DNA of 64,000 nucleotides from Bugula neritina (taxonomy: Eukaryota; Animalia; Bryozoa), in NCBI GenBank assembly GCA_964035545.1, contig OZ037768.1, forward strand, positions 6,790,741 through 6,854,740, given 5' to 3'. The translations under genes and the position numbers were made by a program. Shown here piece by piece: positions 53,601-64,000 of the stretch (positions are counted from its first letter, which is position 1; each line of letters starts with the position of its first letter). The notes below the pieces were generated by a model. The model had not been told where the DNA came from and did not search any database. It was given only the letters and a program-made list of their open reading frames with translations.

Positions 53601-56493
53601 GTTAGTAAAAACTCTGTATGTCTATGCAATTATATAGCATAATACTATGATCATGTCACGGCTATTAGCCAGTATAGAATTAACTATTGAAAATCAATTA
53701 ATTTCTTTAAACTCTTTTACTGTAAAAAATATTAAAGCTGAAATATAAAAAGTTGATAAAAATAGAACACTTTATTGCAAATTTAATAATTATTATAAGC
53801 CTTTTGTCTGTTTAAATTTGAAGATGTTTTGACTGATATTACATATGCATTCGTTGAGTTTAAATTGATGATGAAAGGTTAAACAAGCCATAAAAAAACA
53901 ACTATTAGTTGCATTGGTTATGCATATTTTAATGTGCAGTGTTCTAAGTTTCCTGTACTATACCTACAAATCAGTAAGTGAAATAAAAGTAAGCTTCAAT
54001 TTGAAAAAAGTCTGATTCAAGTATAGTTCACTTTTTATAATTGGTTAACTTGATTCTAGACATTTCCATCCTATAATTGAGTGTAGAAAACACATGTTGA
54101 TAACAAAGTACGTTGTTTTGTATAATTAAAAAAGTCTAAATAGCTTTTCCTAACTTGTAATGAATCATTAGCACTGGAAGTTAGAAGGTGGTCCATTCAC
54201 ATCCTAAAGTGTATTTTATGTCACTATTACTAAGGATACAGCTGAGTCAATGCCTAAAATTATCACCAGCAAATTTATGACACATGGAAATAATTACTAA
54301 AATTTCATTTGATTGTTTTTGACTGTGTGCAGTTTCCTTGACATCTCAAAGAAAATAACTGAAGACAAAATATACATGAACTGCACATACTCTATAGAAG
54401 TTTGTTGACTTTTAGAAATTTGAGATTACTGCTAATAATTAAAATAAAAAGTTCATTCAACAACTTTTGCAATAAATTTGTCGTTTTTTTCAATTTCTTT
54501 AATTCTTTGGCAATATATAATGAGTGAGTGAGTTGTGTTGACATCATTTTGAAAGATATAATGCGTGTAATGTGCACTCAGCATTGTTATTGTAAATGTA
54601 ACGTAACCTAAATTATTGTTTTGCCATTTCATGATAAAACAATATTTGTATGGAGGAGTAGAACTTACTTGAAGGCACAGAAGATCACCAGCGCAACTAA
54701 AAGAAAGCATATAGATGCACAGCCTCCATAGAAATAGATATCTCTGAGTGCCAGAGCCAGTGCTTCCCATCCATCTCCATGGGGAATAGGGGTGCCAGCC
54801 AGTGTATTTGACTTATTCGTCACGAGGTCACAAGCTATGCCAAGTGGGCTGCTCTTCCCATTTTCACACTGAATTGTAATAATACCAGAGTGATGTGCAT
54901 GTACATACCCTTTGACCTTTTGAAAAATACTAGTCAACCACAGATCTGTTGATAGATTTATTTATTCTACTATCACATGCACACATGCATTGAATACATA
55001 GTTGCTATTACACATCTAGCAAAAATATAAGTTTTTCTTGTATTATGAACAGTCAAAATTTATCCATTCACAAGTTTGTCCAACTTATAATAAAGGAAAC
55101 CGTATAAATTCTACAATTAAATAAACATGATCTTACTGCCAGTCGTATTGCCTCTATACCAGTGGGAGAAATACAGTCAATGAAGTTTGACTGTCCCCAT
55201 TTGCCATCATAGCATGTTCGATTCAGATCAACTTCTAAAATAATAATTAACATAACATATAACAATACAAGTTGAGATAAGGCAAAATATGTAGTCTCTA
55301 ATCCTTTAGCATTTCTATTCATGTTAAAATGACACATTAAAAATTTACAGACCATTCGAAAAATTATTTAAATGGCGTTACTAATCATTGCAAAATAGGA
55401 TGAGCTAAATTTCTTATTTTATAAGCATACTGATGTTATAACTCGATTTATTTGTTCTAACTTAAGTTGAGTGTTATGACTCAAATCAACTCAAATAACG
55501 CACAAGTTTTATGTATTATATGTTTAACATCCTTACATCTAAATAGTAATATAATACTGATGATACAAAGATTAACGTAAGAGTTTAATAAGTGTGCCCA
55601 CCTGGTAGAGTAACTGTTGAGATGTTTGGGCATTTATTGGAGTAAGAGTGACCAGTAAATGTGAAAGGCCAGCAGTTAACTTTATCGTAATACGGTAGAC
55701 AACTTATGTCCAGAATTCGAGACACATCTGTAATAAACCAACATAAGCAATTGGCTACCAATAGCTGTAATCAAGTCTTCACACAAATATTAATTATACA
55801 TCAAAAAAATTTTATGTTATGAAGAAATGGGTCAACAAGTTAATTAAGTATAAGTTGTAAAGCTTAATTTATAAAAAAAATTATAATAGTTGATAATTAA
55901 TAATACAGCATTATGATGCAAATTTTGTAAATTAGCTTCTTTACCACAACAATAAACTAAAATAATACAATGCTGATAATCTATGTGTAGAATATTGTAA
56001 GATAAATAAAAGTTGTTTTTGACTTACATTTGGCTGCACATAGTTTACAAATTACTTTTATTCAGTCCAACTCATTTACAAACTAAAAATAATGTTTGTA
56101 GGAAAAAGCATCAATGTCATCCTTTCCTTTTTCTAGTGTGAAATTTATGCCACCTACACAGCATGCCTATGTACTAGGCACCTACTATATCAGTACAGCA
56201 GCCACATAGTAACTGTAGTATGTTATTCTAATGAATGGCATTCAAAATCTGTATGATGAGCAATTGATGTCCTTTTTTGTTATCAGAACAGTAAGTTTAA
56301 AATATCTTTTTTTACATTTCTCAAAGGAAGAGCATTGCCAACACATCATATGGAACAACTATTAGAGTAATATATACACGGAGAATTGATAACATTTGCC
56401 TTACGCAGCGAATATAAAGCGGAACTTCCGTAAAACCAATAACTATTAGCCTACTGTATTGATACATAATATGTTTGAACAAATCACAGATTA

Positions 56494-56556
<63 letters not shown>

Positions 56557-57091
56557 AAAAAAGTTGTTGTAGGCATATTTTTTACAAGAAATATTTTCAA
56601 TAGCTGCAACATATGCAGTGGTATGACATATTTCACTGTATAACATAATACAGATATAACATAGATTGTAACAATGATTAGCACATAGGTATAAAGACAC
56701 ACAAAGGGTGTGAAACATATTGTTACCAAGACAAGGCATTATATTTTAGTTTATTGCTTATTTAAACTGCTGGAATATCCTTGTTTATAGCTCATGAGTC
56801 ATAATAAAACAATATGATAGACATATTATATTATGACTATTACTATTGCTAGTATAGCAGGCAAGCCCAATACTTCAAAAAGGTTCTTATATATATATAC
56901 TTACTTTCTTGCCCAGTTATTCCATGCTGTTGAAATGCGGTAGCAGTTTCCAGCCACGAATCGTATAAGCAGTAGAACTTATCATCCGTTTCTTCTGCGA
57001 AGAGATTGTCTATGTCTTGCTGAGGCAAGTACAGGTTCTCTAAACATTCTGGCCGAGGCTTTAGATAGCAATCATCTGAATATGTTCCCAT
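47640..57091 (-). CDS. Class B1 (secretin family) GPCR, CRF/DH44-receptor-like
   Basis: Hormone-receptor domain (CLPYYDKVNCWP..CP..RTCYDGKWGQSNFIDC). TM motifs NLQCPRVHIHKNL, WLCK, FWAFVEGLFL, IGWGLP, IIRILVTKL, KAMKATIVLLPLL, QGILVSVLFCFLNGEV. Exons at about 56905-57091, 55602-55727, 55137-55234, 54670-54917, 53410-53574, 52827-52983, 52416-52550, 50962-51047, 49414-49556, 49116-49256, 47640-47738. Confidence 0.93.
48981..49058 (-). mobile_element. tRNA-derived SINE-like head (same family as 61491/61733)
   Basis: Reverse complement CAGTAGCCCTTATAGTGCAATGGTTAGCAC...GGTTTGATTCCCAGTGGGCAGTAATTTT has A- and B-box-like motifs and matches the 61733 copy. Confidence 0.7.
51362..51440. repeat. Imperfect (CA/CAC)-rich microsatellite
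   Basis: acaccacgcactacataccacacaccacatacacacacc... Confidence 0.85.
51873..51892. promoter_or_regulatory. Perfect four-unit heat-shock element consensus (cGAAc aTTCt aGAAt gTTCt) in a GPCR intron
   Basis: Exact alternating nGAAn array; 18-bp perfect palindrome GAACATTCTAGAATGTTC. Confidence 0.5.
56502..56553. repeat. (TA)n microsatellite
   Basis: Perfect TA run. Confidence 0.98.
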
Positions 57092-59563
57092 CTTTTGTTT
57101 AATAAGAAACTGGTCTTCGTACAACAGCTGTTAGTAGTCAAATCCAAAAGTGAAACAGTTCAAAGTTTGAAAATGTTTCAATATCGAATACTAGAATGCT
57201 TGCAGTGGCCTGGTCACCAGCAACAGTGTTAGTGAGGTGATTGTATAACAGAGATGGAACTTCTCCAATAAGACATAAATATTTCGTTTTTAGAGACAGA
57301 GAAGAGAAGCCTGGAGCCTGCTCTCTCACTTATGACAACATTACACACTGTTATACCAACAAAAACTCCTCTCTAATAAAAGCAATTATATCCTGCTTCT
57401 TAGCCTGTATCTCTGCTGCCCAGAGTGCGGGTGCACCGTCCACGTCTTGGTAAAAAGTGTAATAGAGTAAGTGCTCTTAGCTCATAACATAATTTATAGT
57501 ATGTTTTACTATGTTCTCCATCATCAGCAAGATGATCCAATTGTAAGTACTTGTAGTAACAAGCTAATTTGCTATTGGTTGTTGAAGTGGCATCTCTCAG
57601 TCTATTAGGCTGTAGTTTTTATGCACATTCTATTATATCAATTGAATAATTAACTCTTCAAAAAATGTGAGCAAAAACTTCACTATGGGAGCCGAAATCT
57701 TGCAGTATTTTTGACATCCCAGCAGGTCTTTGGCACGAATCTGTTCCAGCCAAAAGGAAGCATCTGTGTTTATTGTATTCATGTCATAATGCTGCATGTA
57801 AAATATATTGGAATGTGTTGGATAAGGGATGAGAGCTCAAATAACTGTCTAGTCAATTAATTTGGCAAAATAAGTTTTTCAATCTACAAAATATGAGGTA
57901 CTGTTTTTGAATGACAGAAAGATTGACAGTTTAATTTGGCCCAACAGGCTACCAGTTGAATTTAATTTGATACATTTGAAAATAAGTTCCAGCTAAACTT
58001 TTTCCATTCAAACTATCATAATCTGTTCTCTTTACAGGTGAACTTGATATGCAATAAAAATCTTACCTTTATTCAAAACAATGAGAAAAGCTGAAGCATC
58101 ACTTACACAATCTAAAAATAACAAAAGCGAAATAATATAATTTTTAATAAATGACAATCTCTGCTCTGTCTTGTGCTAATCAACAACAATATTATATATA
58201 AACAAATTATTTGCTAACTGTAGATTTGCCAATTTATTAAACCTTGAACTATATGTTTCTCTTATAGACTGAAAACTGGTGGCCAGCAGCCATAATTACA
58301 GTTTACTCGAACAACAAATGAGTTGAACATTTAATAACTATGTGTTATAGTTGAAAATATGCAAAAAGCAACACAATAAATAATTAAATTAAATTCTGTT
58401 CATAATTTGTCAGATAACTATTAATAATTATATAATAATATTATAATAATATAATAACTAAACAGCAGGAGTTGTCTTATGAAACTCATCTGATCTTGAC
58501 AATATCTAATGACCATAATATTATATTATATAGACAGCAACTAATACAAAAAGCCACTATAAATTGTTTTATTTGTTTTTGATATCCTGTATTTCTACAG
58601 TTGTGATACTTTAATTTATATGGTCTAAAATAATATGTCAACATTAGTTTCTATTTAACAAATACATATTATAATATATTATTATGACGTTAATTTAAGG
58701 TAAATGAAGAATGTTACATGAATGAAACAGTGAAGTCACATGTGAAAGTAGTGAGCTATATTCCTAATAAAGTAATAAAAAAATTATATTCTTATTTATT
58801 TTAAAAAGCCGCAAATAACAAAAAATTAGTGTATATTTGACTCTATAACACAGCTGCAAAATTAAAGGCATGTGAGGGAGTTACAAAACTTTCCGAAATT
58901 AATTACCATAATTTTGATTAACTTGAGGATGTCAGAGTTATTTTCATTTATCTTGTATTCCAACTAGATTTTTGAAAATTAACTAACAATGGAGCAATTA
59001 TTTATAAACTATATAGGCCATATCAATGGAGGTAGCCATCTGAAAGTAAGGCAAAAATATTTTAACTATTAACATGTTGCACACATAATTAGGAAAATCT
59101 GTGCCCAGTTGTATGTAGACAGAGTACTTATGTCATATAAATGTGTGTGATTATAACATCAAAGTCAATGCTCTTTGGCAATAGTTTAAAATTCGTAAGG
59201 TGATTTTCACATGCATGCTACTTTTCAGTTGCTAAAAACAAAACTATAATTAGCTGGGATGCGTGTAGCAAAGATAGATCTACATAGTTCAGTCAGTTCT
59301 TTGCCACTGGTGAGAGTTTTTAACTCATGTTAAAAATTATTGGATTATAATATATTTCTATATAAGAAACATGTATGCTAACACCCTACACCTTGTGCAA
59401 TTGTGTTAATGAAATAATCAGGTTTCTGTTGTAGGCTATGTTGTTACAACTAAACTATGATGAATTATCAATATATTTTTGCATAGCACATTTTTAGAAA
59501 GAACATACATCAGATAAAATATAAAATTTATGCTTATAACTGGGTGTCTACTTCAACTCTATA

Positions 59564-59572
<9 letters not shown>

Positions 59573-59611
<39 letters not shown>
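59573..59611. repeat. (TA)n microsatellite
   Basis: Perfect TA run. Confidence 0.98.
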
Positions 59612-59614
<3 letters not shown>

Positions 59615-59999
59615 TGTAGTTTTATGCACTACTAAGTGGGGGTATTATTGAACACTCGAATTACTGCTGCATATATTACTGAGGTTGCGAGAGAAACCGA
59701 AGTAGTTGAAGTTTATAGAAGATAGATATTTTCTGGCTAATTAAATACAAAACAAGGTCATCAAATAATTACAAGAGAACATATACATATAAAACAGCTA
59801 CACAATTTTATCCTAGTCTATGTGACAGCTATCCTCTGACTGAGGCTGGACGCCGGAAGGCGATGTTTATATCTCATAGGTTGGTGTTGATTGGCTGGTA
59901 GGAAGTCCCGGCGATGCCACCGTATGGAGTAACGCAATGCCGCATGGGATTGTGGCGTCACTAATGGAGTTGTAGTCTCCTTGAACTTATAATACTACA
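59615..59999 (-). mobile_element. Possible second solo-LTR-like insertion (or the GPCR promoter)
   Basis: TGTAGT...ACTACA inverted termini; GC/CpG-rich part with CCAAT (GATTGG) and TATAAA on the - strand, laid out like 42845-43337; no clean TSD found. Confidence 0.3.
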
Positions 60000-60077
60000 T
60001 AATATAATACTATGTCACAGTTCTGCTGCAAGTACATATATAGGGGATGTTGGGGGGTATACTTATATACGCATATA

Positions 60078-60140
60078 AATACACACATATATACACACAT
60101 ATATACACACATATATACACATATATATACACATATACAG
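60078..60140. repeat. (ATATATACACAC)n-type microsatellite
   Basis: Repeated atatatacacac units. Confidence 0.9.
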
Positions 60141-60654
60141 TGTATATACTCATACGTGTATATATAGGGGCCTATTACAATTTTTATTTGTGATAGAAAT
60201 GCTAATAATCTATCAAAATAGTAATCAAATTATCAAAATGAACAGGTAATTTCTATCCACATTATATTTGACTAAATTAGCACAATTATCGGTCTCTGAC
60301 TAAAAACAATAATTCATATTTTCAAAATAATGTTATTATCATATTTTGGAGTTACTTGACTCAATTATAGAGTTGTCGTTCCCTTAAAAACGTTGGAGTA
60401 TAAATATAACGCGCGTTTACATATTTTATTATTTAAAGACACCATACATATTTTTACCTATCATGCGCAATTTCACATTAAGTTAGATCTCTCATTATAA
60501 AACAATAGTAAGCACCTGTTTAGTGGTTATTAAATAATATTACCATAGTTGACTGCTCTGAGTAATCCTAGTTTGCTTCTATTACCGTGCTGATTTAGTT
60601 TTACTTTTTTCATAGGAATTATTAATATCTTTCAATTTTGTTACACAGCTGTTA

Positions 60655-61140
60655 CTGCTAGGCCTAGTGATAGTCATAGTGTTACGCCTGCTGCTAAGAT
60701 TACCCGGTTACGGATTAGATTTAGTGAGCCTACCAGTACCACTACTAGTACTAGTAGTAGTACTCATACTGATACTGACTACGGCGACTACTACAGTGAC
60801 AGTGATCTTTACAATTACTATTAGTATTACTATTACTATAGAAATTACACCTAAGACTCAAACTGATTTTGAAGCCAAACCTGTGCAATCAGTATCACAA
60901 TGAGAATCAGAATGAGTGTGCAATGGGAGTGAATAAGTATAACTCAATGCGAAAATCAGACTCAGTGTGACTGTGAGATTCAAGCTTAAAGTTAAGTGCT
61001 ATAGCCTATACTTATAGTGATAGGCATAGCCTAGATCTCGGCCTATACTAATATACTCACAACTAACATATTCATAATCATATGTTACTCTCACTCTTAA
61101 TCTTAAAGTTATGATAATAGCAAAACATAACTCATTAGAA
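60655..61140. repeat. Drifting 6-bp-periodic tract immediately upstream of the GTPBP10 ATG
   Basis: taccag taccac tactag tactag tagtag tactca tactga tactga ... tacaat tactat tagtat tactat tactat. Confidence 0.85.
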
Positions 61141-61216
61141 TTATCATTGAACTTCAAGATATAAGCAAAGCATTTGTGTAAATTGGAAACCACTCGTTTG
61201 TTTGTAAAAACTGGAC

Positions 61217-64000
61217 ATGGTTCATCTTTCACGTGTGCTTTTAACAGCCCCAAGAGGAGTAAGTACTTACAAATATGTTAAATCTTCAAACAGATCTAAT
61301 AACTTTACTTTTTTTACTAACTTCAAGTATAAAAATAAAATTTACTAGATTACTAAAATTGTAATTACTAATTACCATCATCAATACACAGTAATAGTTG
61401 TAGTTTGTTATTTTATATTTATAATGTAACTGTTCACTTCATTATTTCATAATGAAAGTATAATAGCCATGCATGTATATGTAGTTCACCCAGTGGTCTC
61501 TGTGGTGTAATGGTAGCGTGCCTGGTTGCAAGCCGGAGGTCTCCTAAGGTTCGAATCTCAGTGGAGGGGGGGGGGGTGCAAAATTGTTTTACAAGCTATT
61601 TCAGTCTTTAGTGTAGTAGAGTAGTACTCCGAGCGAATTGAAAGGCCAGGAGAGCCTATGGATTGAAGGAGTAGTAGAGATGCCAGTGGAGTTCTTGAGA
61701 ACTGGGTGGGATGTAGTGTAATTGAGTTTACCCAGTAGCCCCGTAGTGTAATGGTTAGCATGCCTGCTTGCAAGCCGGAGGTCTCCGTCCAAATCCCAGT
61801 GGGGGCAAAATTATTTTATAGTATATGATATATTCAATTGTTCTAAGTGAAATTTAGCAAGCAAGTAATATCATGCTGAAATTGAGCAATTAGATTATTT
61901 AAATTAAATGTAAAGTCTTTGGAGTACATCTTGCAAATGTTATCAAATATGTCTTTTGTTTAGGAGGACATCTGCTAGTTTAATTAAACAGATGAAACTC
62001 AAACATACAATGTGTTATATGTACTAGATTTACCATGAAATGTCACATCAAGTTTGTTTCTGTTATTTAAATGATTAGCAGTATAATAATTATGCATTGT
62101 GTAGCTTACGTATTAAAATATTTGTTTTAATTGTCATAAAGCTATAAGAAAGTTCAGACATATCCATACATATATATGAATATATTGGAACCTTCTTCAT
62201 GACTGTATATTTGATATATATTTTATATAATTGCTGACAAATTTCGAACATTTTTATTAATTTGCTGTTGCAAAAATTAGCAAATGGTGTTAAAACTATA
62301 ATAATTTCCAATACCAAGTATCTAAGGCTTTTCCAAATACACTGTCAAAGATTAATTAACAATTATAACAAAACTCACAATTGAAATTTTATAAATTTGA
62401 ATTGAATTCTTTCCTGGAAGCAGTTGAAAGTGTTGCTAAAGTGTGTTTACTATTGTAATAGTTTTGCTTTTATTTCCTTCAGCTTAGCCGAAAAACAAAG
62501 TTTCTGGATCGGATTAGAGTGTATGTGAGAGGTGGTGCTGGTGGTCAAGGGTATGTTAGATACGGCGGCCTTGGTGGAGATGGTGGTAATGTTGTGATGG
62601 TAGCCAAGTCTAATAAAACACTACTCAAGCTAGCCGAGGATTTTCCAGAAAAAAGATTTATTGCAAAAAATGGAGCTGATAGCAAGTAAACTTTGATTCA
62701 TTATACATAGAGTTTTTGTTCATATGTGAAAAAGCTCTCAATTTTTTTAAAAAAGTCTTTGTCATACATTTAGTGGATTTTATGTGCTATATTTATAGTC
62801 TCATTTTAGGTGTTTGGTGCTAATTATTGCCCTGTTTTAGGCGTTTGTTACTACTGGGTGATAATGGAGAGGATTTGGTTGTAGAAGTTCCTACAGGAGT
62901 TGTTTTATCTTTGGACAATGGCAAGGAAATTGGTGTGTTTACAGATCTTAGTTTTCTAGCAGCTTTTGATATAATTACAACTATATTATTTTATAAGGAG
63001 GAGGGAGGTTGATTCTTGTGAATGTGAATAATATTTGTAACTTTGCATATTACAACAGTACTTTCGTATCAGATAACTAACTCAAACTTTGCTAAATGTT
63101 TCTCTAATACACTGCATTCCCATTTCCTAATATTCATTATTTATAATATTTTTGTTTTAGCTGATTTAAATGCTGATGGGGAAACTGCTGTTGTTGCCAA
63201 GGGTGGGGCCGGGGGAGGCCCAAATAATGATTTCCGCTCTAAAAAGGGAGAAACTAGAAGCATTAGAATTGATCTCAAACTTTTGGCAGATGTTGGCCTG
63301 GTTGGGTATGCTGGTATACATACTCAATATTTTGAGTGTTGTACTTAGAGTTGTCTTCTCCTTCATTTATGATGATTCACTAAAAACTAATCTTGCTATA
63401 TATATATATTGTGTTTATACAGTATATGCTATATAGTATATACTATCTACTTTATAATACTGTGTAGTATGCTAATTGCAGGTTCCCTAATGCTGGAAAG
63501 TCTACATTACTGTGCAGTATGTCTCGAGCTAAACCCAAGGTGGCTGATTATCCATGTAAGCACAGAACTTAAGTAGCATGTATAATAATAGTATTTGGTT
63601 TCTTTAATTACAAATGCCCTCAAATAATTACTGCTTTCAACTTGAAGTTTTCTACATGATTGATGTACTTTAGTTAGAATCAAATTATATGATGCATGTT
63701 GCACATGTAAATTTTCAAAATTCTTATTTTGTTTGTTCTTATGCCAAGTTTTGGTTTTGAATTGTAGTTACCACTCTAAGGCCACATTTGGGAGTCACGG
63801 TGTTTGATGACAATAGACGAATCACCATTGCAGACCTTCCAGGGCTGATAGAAGGAGCTCACATGAATATCGGAATGGGTCATTTCTTTCTCAAGCACGT
63901 CGAGCGAACAAAAGTGCTGTTAGTTGTTGTTGATGCCCACGGATTTGTTCTTAACCGAAGAAGCACTTTCAGAACAGCTTTTGAGACTATTGTGCTGTTA
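61217..64000 (+). CDS. GTPBP10: Mitochondrial Obg-family GTPase GTPBP10, 5' part (runs off the window)
   Basis: Starts MVHLSRVLL. Gly-rich Obg fold ([22 protein letters not shown]), G1 [10 protein letters not shown]2 YPFTT, G3 [23 protein letters not shown]. Exons 61217-61258, 62482-62684, 62841-62931, 63161-63305, 63482-63555, 63768->64000. Confidence 0.93.
61485..61820 (+). mobile_element. Two tandem tRNA(Cys/GCA-loop)-like SINE heads, 242 bp apart, in GTPBP10 intron 1
   Basis: A box TGGTGTAATGG, loop TTGCAAG, B box GGTTCGAATC in copy 1 (61491-61570). Copy 2 (61733-61818) has a decayed B box. Acceptor and T stems are mismatched. Confidence 0.7.

Noticed and set aside
56321-56739. ORFs with (YI)n runs, also at 40140-40218
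   Set aside because: Translations of (TA)n microsatellites
60667-61253. ORFs 60667-60903 (+) and 60999-61253 (-)
   Set aside because: Alternating-residue artefacts of the hexamer-periodic tract, with no splice or homology support
61491-61570. Functional tRNA-Cys gene
   Set aside because: Acceptor, anticodon and T stems are mismatched and diverged copies are nearby; better explained as a tRNA-derived repeat

Overview
AT-rich, intron-dense eukaryotic (invertebrate metazoan) genomic DNA, not prokaryotic; no CRISPR or rRNA seen. Seven spliced genes were reconstructed by hand from GT-AG boundaries and reading-frame phase. They are: the 3' part of HYDIN (+), RPRD2 (-), an unrecognised ~600-aa acidic, repeat-rich disordered protein ending in a CaaX box (-), an IRAK4-like death-domain kinase (+), lysosomal GLMP/NCU-G1 (+), a secretin-class (CRF/DH44-like) GPCR (-) and the 5' part of GTPBP10 (+). 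Non-coding content includes a degenerate LINE 3' end, a solo LTR with a 4-bp TSD, two copies of a foldback MITE, three tRNA-like SINE heads and several mini/microsatellites. The most unusual signal is a set of consensus-less, 6-bp-periodic 'drifting hexamer' tracts seen at the 5' ends or first introns of five genes but not noticed in gene interiors. Other highlights are the orphan CaaX protein with an intronic RNA stem that may switch its C-terminus, two cassette-like HYDIN exons, CLEAR-like boxes before GLMP, and a GPCR with an extended Cys-containing stalk. Exon coordinates were read by eye and may be off by a few nt. No database searches were run.
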